Both the position numbers and the translations under genes were made by a program. Positions 9,708 through 19,343 of a DNA stretch of 64,000 nt are shown in pieces; the first letter of the stretch is position 1, and every line of letters begins with the position of its first letter. Under the pieces are notes generated by a model that did no database searches, had not been told where the DNA came from, and saw only the letters and a program-made list of their open reading frames with translations. The DNA is from Planctomycetota bacterium (GTDB lineage Bacteria > Planctomycetota > UBA8108 > SXIK01), in assembly GCA_965223845.1 (NCBI GenBank), contig CBDCXR010000004.1, forward strand, positions 4,032,001 through 4,096,000, given 5' to 3'.

Positions 9708-10943
9708 ATGCCGTCCAACCCATCCACAGTCACGATCGACACCCTGATGCAGCGAGCGCTCGAGGTCCCCGGGCTCCTCTCCCTCGCCGCCGGATTTACG
9801 GACAACAGCGCGCTTCCGCGTTCCGAGGTGCAGCGCATCGTCACCGATCTCCTCGCGTCGCCGGAAACGATCGAGGTGCTTCAGTACGGCTCCGCGCGCG
9901 GGCGTCCCGAGCTGCGCGATCGCCTCGCGGCTCGCATCGCCGAGGCTGACGCCGAGCGAAACTCGCTTCCGAAGGTCGACGCCGCCGATGTCATCGTCGC
10001 CAACGGTTCGCAGCAGGCGCTTTTTCTCGCGACGAGCGCTCTCTGTAAGCCGGGCGACGTCGTCCTCGTCGACTCTCCGACCTATTTCGTGTTCCTCGAC
10101 GTTCTCGCCGTCCTCGGAATCGAAGCCGTCCCCCTTCCATCGTCCGGCGATCTGCTCGATGCAGACGCCCTCCCCGAGTACTTCGAGAGGCTCCGCGGCG
10201 ACGGAATCCTCGAGCGGGTTCGCGCCGTCTACGTGGTCAGCTACTTCTCGAATCCGACGGGACTCTCTCTCGATGCCGATCGCAAACAGCGACTGCTAGC
10301 GGAGATGAAGGCGCAGCGGATCCATGTGCCGGTACTCGAGGACATCGCCTACCGCGATCTCTATTTCGACGAACCCTGGCCGGCTCCGTCGCTTCTCGCG
10401 AAGCACGACGACGACATCCCGATCGCCGTGTTCGGAACGTTCACGAAGACGTTCTCGACCGGCATCAAGGTCGGCTACGCGTACGTGCCGCATGAGCCGC
10501 TCCGGCGAACGATGCTGTCGCAGAAGCGCGCACAGGACTTCGGTACGGCGAACTTCAATCAGGCGATCGTGGAACGCGCGCTCGTGTCGGGCGTTTGCGA
10601 TTCCTACCTACAAACGCTGCGAAAGATCTACGCGCGAAAGTGTGATCGCCTCGACGCGGCCCTCGATCGCGAGGGACTCCGCCGGCTCGGATGGCGCTGG
10701 ACACGTCCGCCCGGTGGACTCTACCTCTGGCTCACGTCGCCCGACGACCTCGACACGACCGGCGGGTCACGGCTCTTCGAGCGCTGCCTCGAAGAGCGGG
10801 TTCTCTACGTCCCCGGCGATCTCTGCTTCGGCGGCGACGCTCGGCGGGACAAGGTGCGGCTGAGCTTCGGGTACCTTCCCGAGGACGACCTCGACGAAGC
10901 AGCGGCGCGATTCGTCCGCGCGGCGGAGCGTTGCGCTCCTTAG
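9708..10943 (+). CDS. PLP-dependent aminotransferase class I/II (LysN/MocR-like)
   Basis: LSLAAG, LQYG..G.PELR, NGSQQAL, SPTY, FSNPTG, EDIAY, GTFTKTFSTGIKVGY, GGLYLW, VRLSF. Confidence 0.9.
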   Translation: MPSNPSTVTIDTLMQRALEVPGLLSLAAGFTDNSALPRSEVQRIVTDLLASPETIEVLQYGSARGRPELRDRLAARIAEADAERNSLPKVDAADVIVANGSQQALFLATSALCKPGDVVLVDSPTYFVFLDVLAVLGIEAVPLPSSGDLLDADALPEYFERLRGDGILERVRAVYVVSYFSNPTGLSLDADRKQRLLAEMKAQRIHVPVLEDIAYRDLYFDEPWPAPSLLAKHDDDIPIAVFGTFTKTFSTGIKVGYAYVPHEPLRRTMLSQKRAQDFGTANFNQAIVERALVSGVCDSYLQTLRKIYARKCDRLDAALDREGLRRLGWRWTRPPGGLYLWLTSPDDLDTTGGSRLFERCLEERVLYVPGDLCFGGDARRDKVRLSFGYLPEDDLDEAAARFVRAAERCAP

Positions 10944-11008
10944 AAACCCGCCGGGACAAACCCGCCGCCGCTTCGATCACCGAATCAGGGAGCAGCCCGA
11001 AACTCGGG

Positions 11009-12169
11009 CTAGGGCATCGACACCGACGCGCACTTGAGGGTGTCGGGAGTCGGATCGACCCCGGCGTTCGGATAGGGCGCGGGGAGAGTTCGCTCCTCGT
11101 CGAAAAGATGGACGAGAGTCGCGATCGGATCGGAGATGTTGAGCTTCCCGTCGTCGTTCGCGTCCGCGGCGTCTCGACACGTCGGCTCTGCGCCGCTCAA
11201 GAACAGGTAATTGAGCGAGAACTGCGCGTCCGCGAGATTCACCGCGCCGTCGCTATTCGAATCGCCGCGAAAGAAAATCTGATCCCCCACGATCTGCATC
11301 ACCGCGCCGTCCAATTTCGGAAGCGTGGTGATGAAGCGCGCTTCGCCGCGGTGCGTGAGCTCGGATCGCATCTCAAACGGCCCGAAGGGCTCGATGCGCG
11401 CGCTGAGCTCGATCGTCGTCCCCGCTGCGACCGAGTCGGCGATCTTGCCGGGGATCTTGGCGATGAGTCGATTGTTTCCGGCGGGAATTTCCAGGCCTTC
11501 CTGCCCGATGTCGCCGACGATGCCGACCGTGAACGAGCCTTCATCGCTCCACGTCTGAACGGCGCTGAATCCGACGCGAACGCCGTCGTAAAACGTCCCG
11601 TCGTAGTTGATCTTGTTCCCCGGAGTGAACTGATCCGGGTCGAAGTCGACGACGATCTGCACGGCATCGACGTCGACCGAGGAAGAGAGAAAGACGGGAA
11701 TCTCCACTTCCTGACCGGGTGCTGCGACGATGTCGCCGAGGTCGATCAAGTCATCCGTCGCAGCGGGCGGCTCGATGTCGCCACTCGCGCAGTCGAGATT
11801 GTCGTCGGTCGTATCCGTACCCGGAGCGGGATAGGGAGCGGCGATCAACTGGTTCCATCCCTCGGACGGATTGTTGGGAAAGAACTGAACGAGAACGGTG
11901 ATTTGGTCCGCGATGTTCAGGGTGCCATCGTCGTTCACGTCGCCCGCGTCCATGCAGGCTGGGGGTCGGGCCGCACTGAAGAGAAACCGACGAATCATGA
12001 TCGCGTCGGAGATCGAAACGACACCGTCGGAGTTGGCGTCCCCGCGCAGAAACTCGGTTTGCGCCGAAACCTCGTCCGGCGCGGCGGTCAAGCTGAGCGA
12101 TCCTGCCAAGACGAGTAGAGCGAAACTCCCTCGTCCCCAGGGGGCGCTCGAAGTCGTCGTCGTGGTCAT
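11009..12169 (-). CDS. Secreted dockerin-cohesin-like-dockerin protein
   Basis: ATG 12169 after AGGAGG; signal peptide; dockerin 1 FLRGDANSDG...DAGDVNDDGTLNIAD; cohesin-like beta domain LGDIVAAPGQEVEIPVFL...VQIVVDFDP; dockerin 2 FFRGDSNSDG...DAADANDDGKLNISDP. Confidence 0.8.
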   Translation of the reverse strand: MTTTTTSSAPWGRGSFALLVLAGSLSLTAAPDEVSAQTEFLRGDANSDGVVSISDAIMIRRFLFSAARPPACMDAGDVNDDGTLNIADQITVLVQFFPNNPSEGWNQLIAAPYPAPGTDTTDDNLDCASGDIEPPAATDDLIDLGDIVAAPGQEVEIPVFLSSSVDVDAVQIVVDFDPDQFTPGNKINYDGTFYDGVRVGFSAVQTWSDEGSFTVGIVGDIGQEGLEIPAGNNRLIAKIPGKIADSVAAGTTIELSARIEPFGPFEMRSELTHRGEARFITTLPKLDGAVMQIVGDQIFFRGDSNSDGAVNLADAQFSLNYLFLSGAEPTCRDAADANDDGKLNISDPIATLVHLFDEERTLPAPYPNAGVDPTPDTLKCASVSMP

Positions 12170-12244
12170 CGTGTCCTCCTTCCGTTCCCGTACAGGTTGC
12201 AGCCGCCACTGCGGCACGTCGAACGATTCCTGCTTGCTGTCCTG

Positions 12245-12260
12245 AGCAAACCGAGGACCA
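12245..12260 (-). promoter_or_regulatory. Sigma54 -24/-12 promoter
   Basis: Minus strand TGGTCC-TCGGT-TTGCT has exact GG-N10-GC spacing (consensus TGGCAC-N5-TTGCW), about 75 bp upstream of the dockerin gene. Confidence 0.7.
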
Positions 12261-12371
12261 CGACCGAGCCGGATCGCCGCGCACGCCCGGCAGATTCCGC
12301 CGCAACTGCGCCCCCTCACGGCTCTTGCGAGTTACGCGACCACGGAGAGGAACTCGCGCCCCCGCTCGGAT

Positions 12372-12422
12372 TGTAAAGCTGCCGTAACACCGAACTTTCG
12401 CGCCTGTCTGAAAGATCGGACA
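12372..12422. promoter_or_regulatory. Two TGT-N12-ACA enhancer-like (UAS) sites
   Basis: TGTAAAGCTGCCGTAACA (12372-12389) and near-palindromic TGTCTGAAAGATCGGACA (12405-12422), 33 bp apart and about 110-160 bp upstream of the sigma54 box. Confidence 0.55.
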
Positions 12423-12521
12423 CCCGAAGGCAAGGCGATCGACGGTCTCCGCCATTCGTTCTGTGCCGCCCGATTCCAGGTTAGGATTCACATCCCATCT
12501 GAGTCCTCCGGAGTCGCGTCG

Positions 12522-15500
12522 ATGCCGTCACCACAACTCCGCCCGAAGCTCATCGCCGGTCGCTACGCCCTCCGCCGCAAGCTGGGGTCGGGAAGCACGG
12601 GAAGCGTCTACCTCGCGGCGGACACCGTCGCCGGTCGCGACGTCGCCCTCAAGCTGCTTCAGTCGGAACGTATCGAAGCGAGTCTCACGAAGCAGATGCA
12701 GGAGGAGTTCCTCGCGCTCGTTTCCCTCCGGCACCCGCAAATCGCTCGCGCGTACGACTTCGGATACACCGAGAATGGCGCGGTTCCCTTTTACACGCGC
12801 GAGTACATCGCAGGCTCGCCGCTGACTCCCGGTCCACCCGCCGACGAGAGCCAGCGTCCGGAAGACTTCCTCGCGCCCATCCTCGACGCGCTCGACGCAC
12901 TCGATCACGTACACCGGCGCGGGATCCTCCACATGGATCTTCACGCCGGAAACCTGATCGTCGCCGACGCATCCTCGCGCGGGGCGATCCTGATCGACTT
13001 CGGTCTCGTTCAGCCCGCTGGTCTCGAGCGGCTCTCGTCGTCGAGCGCGACTCTCGGCTCTCTGCCACCCGAGCTCTTCGACGGAGAGGCTGTCACTCCG
13101 CTCACAGACGTCTACCTGGCGGGACGACTGCTCGCCTATCGACTGTCGGGCGAAGTGGAAGGTCGTCCGCGTCTGCCGAAGGAGATTCCGGGCTGGGGAA
13201 TTCGCCGGACGCTCGACCTCGAACGGATCCTCTCAAAAGCGCTCCAGCTCCGGCCGGAGCAGCGTTTCGTCTCCGCCGCCGCGTTTCGCGATGCGATCCA
13301 CTCCGCGCTCGGAATCGAGCGCATGAGTGTCCGGCGTCGATCGGGCGACGACACGAAAGCGAGTGATTTCGTCGGCCGAGAGAAGCCGCGGCGGAAGATC
13401 GAGGAATCGCTCGAGCGCGCGGCGGCGGGACTCCCCGCGGTCGTGTGGATCGCCGGGAAGCACGGCGCGGGAAAGACGCGCCTGCTCGCCGAGTCGCGTC
13501 TTCGCGCTCAGCTTCGCGGCCTCGCGGTGGTCGAGGCGGCGTTCGCGAAGCGCAGAGACGGCAATGCGGTCCTCGTCGAAGCGTTTCGAAGCTCGGAACC
13601 CGCCGGCCGTAGCCGATGGCTGGAGCCGCTCGATCCCCGCCACGGGGGAACGCCCGCGCAACGAGCGCAGCGCGCCGCGGAGGCTTGCCTCGCCGAGCCG
13701 AACGCGCCCCTCGTCGTCCTCCTCGACGACTTCGAGCACGCCGACCGGGAAAGTCGCCTGATCGGCGAGGCCTTGCTCGCAGAAGCCATCCGGCGCGAGC
13801 GCTCGCCGATGTCCGGTCGCGGAGTTGCGATCTTGGTCGCGACCGCACAGCCGAGTCGCGAGTTTTCGAAGTACACGTCGACGCTCCGCGGCCTCCGCCC
13901 CGGAGAGGCGAGGGCTCTTCTCGCCCAGGTCGCCGCCCCCGCGGAACTACCGGGCCGGCTCGTCCGCGCTGCGGTCGCTGACGGGGGCGGATCGCCGCTT
14001 CGACTGCGTCACATCGGTGTCCAGCTCCGCGCGGAATGGCAGCGAGCTGGCACTCTGAGTCACGTGCGCGATATCCCTCCGCTCGAACTAGGTCCCGAGG
14101 CGAGCGTCGAAGCACGAAAATCACTCGCGGAGACCGATCGCCGCGTTCTCGATGCCCTCGCCGCGCTCGACCGTTCCCTCACTCGCGACGAGCTCGCATG
14201 CGCGGTCGAGATCGAGCCGAGCGCGATGCGCGCGACGCTTCGGCGACTGACGAAACGAGAGCTCGTAGCCGGTTCGGGGCGCCCTATCCGTTTCCGACTC
14301 CTTTCATCCGTCGCTCCCTCGCCCGCGGCGTCGACTCCGAAGCGCGAGCTGCGCGCGATGCACCGGCGCCTCGCTTCTTGGATGGAAGCCCGCGGATGCC
14401 GCGACGCGCGAGAACGGGAGCACCTCGCCCGCCACGTCGCCGCTTCCGGCCGTCGCGGCGACGGGCGGAAGATCGCGCTCGACGCGGCGCGCGAGCTTCA
14501 CGACGCCGGCGATCTCGAGCGCGCGACACGCCTCCTCGAAGAATTCGTCGGTTCGGAAAACTCGCCTCGAAACATCTTTCAGCTCATCGAGGGCTTGAGC
14601 CCGATCCTCGATGATCTCGGCGATCACGAACGCGGGATCGCGCTCATCGAGCCGTTCCTCCAGCAGGGCGGCAAGAAACTGCGATCGACCGAGATCGTAC
14701 GCCTCCAGAGACGCCTCGGGATCCACCTTCACCGCGCGGGATTCCCTGATCGAGCGCAGGTCGCGTTCAAACGCGCGATCGGGCGCGCGTCCAAGCGGAA
14801 TCTCGAGGACCTGATCCTCATCGACTCGGAGCTCGCGGAGATCCAGATCTTCGACGGGTCGCTCGACGACGCCGAGGCCGCGTGCCGGCGAGGCCTCGCC
14901 CGCATCGGGACGGGAACGGGCGACCCCGAGTTTCGCGGTCGGATGGAAGTGACGCTCCGTGCGAGTCTCGGACACATCGAGCTCCGACGACTCCGTCCCG
15001 ATCGAGCCAAGGCCGAGCTAGAGACCGGCCGCCGCCTTTCGCGCCGCTACAGCTCGACCGCCGACCAGGCGGCCATTCTTCACAACTTGGCCGTGTGCTC
15101 GAATCAACTGAACGAGCTCGAGCGCGCCCGTGAGTACTTCGCCGAAGCGCAGCGACTCCTCGCGCACGCCGGAGACACGCGGAACGAGGTCAAGATCGCG
15201 ACGAACCTTGCGGTAATCGCGTCCAAGCTCGGAGACCGCGAGGAATCCCGCGCGCAGATCGAGCGCGCCGAACGGCTCGTTCGGCGTTACCCCGGGCATC
15301 GCCTCGAGTTTTTCTGCTTCTATTCGAAGGGGCTCGCGGCGCTTCTCCTCGGAGAGGCGGACGCGTCGATCGCGGCGTTCGACAAGGCACTTCCCCTCGG
15401 ACGCAAGCTCGCGGACGAGTTTCTCGTTCGCTTCGGCGAGGTGTATCTCGCCGAGGCCGCGCTCCTCCGCGGTCGGTACGCGCAGGCTCGCGCGCAGCTT

Positions 15501-17261
15501 CACGCCACTCGGCGCGCGGCCGAGGCGGCGGAGTCGACTCTGCTTCGGCGAATGGTGGACAGCCGCCTTGTTCTCCTCGAGACGCTCCTCGGACGTGAGC
15601 GAGCGGCACGGAACGCTTACCGAGCACTCGAGGAGACCCCCCGCTCGGGCGTCGAGCTCGCCGAAGCGTGGATCGACCTCTTCGCGGCGGTGGGCTCGGT
15701 ACTCGCGAAGCACCCAGCGGACGATCTCCTCGAGAGCGCGGAGCGCGTCTTTGCGCAGCTGTCGATTCCGTACGGAACGCGATACGTGCACCTGGCGCGT
15801 CTCGTTCAGAGCCTCCTCGCCGGGGACGAGTCGAAAATCTCGGAGCACGCGGCGGCCTGCGGTGGAGGCGAGAGCTCACCTCACGCGTTTCTTTCCGTAG
15901 CGGAGCCCCTCGCGCGAGGAGCGGCGTTTCTCGCGCTCGGACAACTCGAGTCGGCGGCGGTTTCTCTCTCGCACGCGAGCGGTGCGATCGTCGGAGCGCC
16001 GTTCGCCGAGCTCGACTGGTTTCTCGAGCTCCTCCATGCCCGCGTCGCGTCCGGGCGGAGCAGCGTCGTCGACGCGCGGCGTCACGTGCTGCGCAGCGTG
16101 CACACACGCGATGTCTTGGCGCAGCTCGTGCCCGAACGATTTCGCGATCGATTCCTCGCGCAGCGCCGGTTCGCGCCGCTCGACGAGCTCCTTTCCAGGC
16201 TCCAACGGACGCCTCGCCTCCACAGCTCTGCGGGACGCGGTCGATCCGAGGCGTACGAGGGCCTCGTCGGAGTTTCGAACGCACTCAAGGAAATCGTCGG
16301 ACGGATCGAGACGATGGAGGACAGCGATTTACCGGTCCTCATCACCGGCGAGACGGGGGTCGGCAAGGAGGCCGTCGCGCGCGCGCTCTACCGACGAAGC
16401 TGGCGTCGTGACGGCGGCTTTCAAGTGATTCACTGCGGCTCGATTCCGGAAGAGCTGTTCGAAGCGGAACTCTTCGGCTATCGGCGCGGTGCGTTTACTG
16501 GAGCCGAGGAAGACCGACCCGGCCTGCTCGAAAACTTGCGCGGAGGGACCATCCTCTTCGACGAAATCGGCGACCTTTCGCCGGTGTCGCAAGGGAAACT
16601 CGTTCGCGTCGTCGACTCGAGCGCGGTCAAGCGACTCGGAAGTGGGCGCGTCCATCCGCTCGACATCCGATTTCTGTTCAGCTCGAGTCGCGATCTCGAG
16701 GCGCTCGTCGAAACCGGACGTCTTCGCTCGAATCTCTACTACCGCGTGCGCGCTCTCGAGATTCCGGTGCCCCCCCTCCGCGAGCGCCGCGAGGACATTC
16801 GCGTGCTCGCGAATCACTTCGTAGAAAAGCACCGTGCATCGCTCGACCGCGAACGAGTCGAGCTGAGCGGAGACGCGGTCGAGCTTCTCCAGCGGCACGA
16901 CTGGCCCGGCAACATTCGCGAGCTCGAGAGCGTGATCATCCGGACGCTCATCCAGCGTCCCGGTGCGCTCGCGATCCGCGCATCGGACGTCGCGCTGGCC
17001 ACGCATGGCGGAGAGCGCGTCGAGCAACGCCCTGCGCGTCCGACCGCGAATCTTCTTTCTCGCGACCTGAAAGAGTGGGAGAGAGACTTGCGGCGAGATT
17101 ATCTCACCGAGCTCTTTCGTGCGACGCGAGGAAGCGTCACCGAAATGACACGTCGACTCGGCATCGCGCGCGCGACACTCTACGCGTGGCTAGGGGAAGC
17201 GGGGCTCAGTGTCGAATCGCTTCGCGCGAGACTCGAAGCAGACGATTCGCCCGAGGAGTGA
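12522..17261 (+). CDS. Ser/Thr kinase - AAA ATPase - TPR - sigma54 enhancer-binding protein (Fis-type HTH)
   Basis: LGSGSTGSVY, VALKLL, HMDLHAGN, DFG; FVGRE and GKHGAGKT; TPR-like helices; ITGETGVGKE, GAFTGA, ILFDEIGD, WPGNIREL; HTH LGIARATLY. Confidence 0.9.
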   Translation: MPSPQLRPKLIAGRYALRRKLGSGSTGSVYLAADTVAGRDVALKLLQSERIEASLTKQMQEEFLALVSLRHPQIARAYDFGYTENGAVPFYTREYIAGSPLTPGPPADESQRPEDFLAPILDALDALDHVHRRGILHMDLHAGNLIVADASSRGAILIDFGLVQPAGLERLSSSSATLGSLPPELFDGEAVTPLTDVYLAGRLLAYRLSGEVEGRPRLPKEIPGWGIRRTLDLERILSKALQLRPEQRFVSAAAFRDAIHSALGIERMSVRRRSGDDTKASDFVGREKPRRKIEESLERAAAGLPAVVWIAGKHGAGKTRLLAESRLRAQLRGLAVVEAAFAKRRDGNAVLVEAFRSSEPAGRSRWLEPLDPRHGGTPAQRAQRAAEACLAEPNAPLVVLLDDFEHADRESRLIGEALLAEAIRRERSPMSGRGVAILVATAQPSREFSKYTSTLRGLRPGEARALLAQVAAPAELPGRLVRAAVADGGGSPLRLRHIGVQLRAEWQRAGTLSHVRDIPPLELGPEASVEARKSLAETDRRVLDALAALDRSLTRDELACAVEIEPSAMRATLRRLTKRELVAGSGRPIRFRLLSSVAPSPAASTPKRELRAMHRRLASWMEARGCRDAREREHLARHVAASGRRGDGRKIALDAARELHDAGDLERATRLLEEFVGSENSPRNIFQLIEGLSPILDDLGDHERGIALIEPFLQQGGKKLRSTEIVRLQRRLGIHLHRAGFPDRAQVAFKRAIGRASKRNLEDLILIDSELAEIQIFDGSLDDAEAACRRGLARIGTGTGDPEFRGRMEVTLRASLGHIELRRLRPDRAKAELETGRRLSRRYSSTADQAAILHNLAVCSNQLNELERAREYFAEAQRLLAHAGDTRNEVKIATNLAVIASKLGDREESRAQIERAERLVRRYPGHRLEFFCFYSKGLAALLLGEADASIAAFDKALPLGRKLADEFLVRFGEVYLAEAALLRGRYAQARAQLHATRRAAEAAESTLLRRMVDSRLVLLETLLGRERAARNAYRALEETPRSGVELAEAWIDLFAAVGSVLAKHPADDLLESAERVFAQLSIPYGTRYVHLARLVQSLLAGDESKISEHAAACGGGESSPHAFLSVAEPLARGAAFLALGQLESAAVSLSHASGAIVGAPFAELDWFLELLHARVASGRSSVVDARRHVLRSVHTRDVLAQLVPERFRDRFLAQRRFAPLDELLSRLQRTPRLHSSAGRGRSEAYEGLVGVSNALKEIVGRIETMEDSDLPVLITGETGVGKEAVARALYRRSWRRDGGFQVIHCGSIPEELFEAELFGYRRGAFTGAEEDRPGLLENLRGGTILFDEIGDLSPVSQGKLVRVVDSSAVKRLGSGRVHPLDIRFLFSSSRDLEALVETGRLRSNLYYRVRALEIPVPPLRERREDIRVLANHFVEKHRASLDRERVELSGDAVELLQRHDWPGNIRELESVIIRTLIQRPGALAIRASDVALATHGGERVEQRPARPTANLLSRDLKEWERDLRRDYLTELFRATRGSVTEMTRRLGIARATLYAWLGEAGLSVESLRARLEADDSPEE

Positions 17262-17315
17262 TGGTAGAGCCAACACGACTTTCGACGAACGACGCGCGTC
17301 GACAAAGTGAATGAG

Positions 17316-17702
17316 TCAGAACATGCCATTGTCGTTCGCGGCTTCGTCGGGAACGACCTGCAAGACGTCCCAGTGCTCCACGATCTTACCCGCGTCGTCG
17401 AAGCGAAAGATGTCGATGCCGGCATAGTCGTGGTCGCCGGGCCATCGCTGGTGGCAGTGCAGGACGACCAAGTCGGCTTCGGCGACAGCCCGCTTGAATT
17501 CGACACGCTTGCCCGGGTATTCCGCGGCCATCTTCTCGAAGTAGTCGATAAACGCTTGTTTCCCGTCGGCGACCTCCGGGTTGTGTTGGATGTAGTCGTC
17601 GCCGACGAATTTCTCGACCGCCTCACGCGGCCGGCACTGATTGAACATCAAGTCGTAGAACGACATTGCGTTCTCTTTGAATTGTTCCGCGGTGCGCTCC
17701 AT
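17316..17702 (-). CDS. SnoaL-like / NTF2 family protein
   Basis: YIQHNPEVADGK, AEADLVVLH, DIFRFD..GKIVEHWDVLQ. Confidence 0.85.
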   Translation of the reverse strand: MERTAEQFKENAMSFYDLMFNQCRPREAVEKFVGDDYIQHNPEVADGKQAFIDYFEKMAAEYPGKRVEFKRAVAEADLVVLHCHQRWPGDHDYAGIDIFRFDDAGKIVEHWDVLQVVPDEAANDNGMF

Positions 17703-17844
17703 CCGGCTCCTTCCGTGTGTGTCACGTTCGACGCAACGCGTGCTCTCTAGAGCGTCCGCGACCCGGCGAGCGGCCGGTCCTCGGAGCCCTTCACACGCCC
17801 AGTTCGTGCAGATCCGATACTTGGACCGACTCCGAGTCCTAGCC

Positions 17845-19086
17845 CTAGCCGATCGACGCCGCCTCGCGACGGGGGTACTTCGCGTCGACGTACTCGTCGA
17901 CGATGCGACGGAACTCTCCGCCGAGGAACTCGGGTGAGCCCTTCAAGTTTTTCACCCGCTTTCCGTCGATGTAGACGGGACAAGTCGGCTCCTCGCCCGT
18001 TCCGGGGAGGCTGATCCCGATGTTCGCCGCCTTCGACTCGCCCGGGCCGTTCACGATGCAGCCCATGACGGCGAGCGTCAGCTCCTCGACGCCCTCGTAG
18101 ATGCGTTTCCACTCGGGCATCTTGTCGCGGACGTAAGCTTGGATCTCCTCGGCGAGTTCCTGAAACACGGTGCTCGTCGTCCGGCCGCAGCCGGGGCAAG
18201 CAGTCACGCTCGGCGCGAACGCGCGCACGCCGAGCGACTGGAGGATCTCCTGCGCGGCGTACACCTCCTCGCGGCGGTCACCGTCGGGCTTGGGCGTGAG
18301 CGAGACGCGGATCGTATCGCCGATTCCCTCCGCGAGCAGGATCCCCATGCAGGTCGCGGACCAAATCCCGCCCTTCATTCCCATCCCTGCTTCCGTGAGG
18401 CCGAGGTGGAGCGGCTGGTCGGTCTTTCGAGACAGCTCCCGGTAGAGATCGACGAGAAGAGTCGGGCGAGAGATCTTGCACGAAATGATGATCTGGTCGG
18501 GTCTCAGACCGCATTCGAGCGCGAGCTCGGTCGAGCGGAGCGCCGATTCAACCATGCACTCCGCGAGGATTTGCTCGGAGTCGAGTCCGAGGTCCTTCGC
18601 GGTGTTCTCTTCCATCTTCGCGACGACCAAGTCCTGGTCGAGGCTTCCTGCGTTGACGCCGATTCGAACCGGCTTCTCGTTTTCGATGGCGACCGAGCAG
18701 ATTTCGGAGAACTGCTGATCGCGGCGGTCGCCTTTGCCGACGTTCCCCGGGTTGATCCGGTACTTCGCGAGCGCGCGAGCACACTCCGGGTGCTGTCGGA
18801 GGAGCTGATGGCCGTTGTAGTGGAAGTCTCCGACGAGGGGGACGTCGCAGCCGCCGTCCGCGAGCCGGCGCTGAATCTCCGGCACGGCGCGAGCGGCCTC
18901 GACGTGGTTGACGGTGATGCGGACGAGCTCCGATCCCGCCTCCCAAAGCTCGCGCGCCTGTTTGACGGTGGACTCGATGTCCGCGGTGTCGGTGTTCGAC
19001 ATCGACTGGACGACCACCGGCGCTCCCCCACCGACTCGGACGCCGCCGACGTCAACTCCGATCGTCTCGCGACGCTTCCATTCCAT
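17845..19086 (-). CDS. ispG: (E)-4-hydroxy-3-methylbut-2-enyl-diphosphate synthase
   Basis: [73 protein letters not shown]; start ATG 19086. Confidence 0.95.
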   Translation of the reverse strand: MEWKRRETIGVDVGGVRVGGGAPVVVQSMSNTDTADIESTVKQARELWEAGSELVRITVNHVEAARAVPEIQRRLADGGCDVPLVGDFHYNGHQLLRQHPECARALAKYRINPGNVGKGDRRDQQFSEICSVAIENEKPVRIGVNAGSLDQDLVVAKMEENTAKDLGLDSEQILAECMVESALRSTELALECGLRPDQIIISCKISRPTLLVDLYRELSRKTDQPLHLGLTEAGMGMKGGIWSATCMGILLAEGIGDTIRVSLTPKPDGDRREEVYAAQEILQSLGVRAFAPSVTACPGCGRTTSTVFQELAEEIQAYVRDKMPEWKRIYEGVEELTLAVMGCIVNGPGESKAANIGISLPGTGEEPTCPVYIDGKRVKNLKGSPEFLGGEFRRIVDEYVDAKYPRREAASIG

Positions 19087-19270
19087 TCCGTCGTCTCCTC
19101 TCCCGGACTTCGTCGGGGGGCTCGCGGCCGACGACGATCGGGACCGTCCCGATCGGTCGAACATCGGAGCGTACACAGCGCATTGTAGACGTCTCGCGAC
19201 ACGATGTGGAGAGCGGCGGGACGTCGAAGTCACCCTCGCATCCGCCGCCGCTCAAATCCTCGGCCGAGGC

Positions 19271-19315
19271 AAAAAAGAACCGGGCCTCGATCGAAGGACT
19301 CGACCGAGACCCGGT
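19271..19315 (-). terminator. Rho-independent terminator after the repeat-protein gene
   Basis: Minus strand ACCGGGTCTCGGTCGA-GTCCT-TCGATCGAGGCCCGGT followed by TCTTTTTT; 16-bp stem with two G-U pairs. Confidence 0.8.
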
Positions 19316-19343
19316 ACTCGTAGTCGCCGTTACGGCGCGCGGA

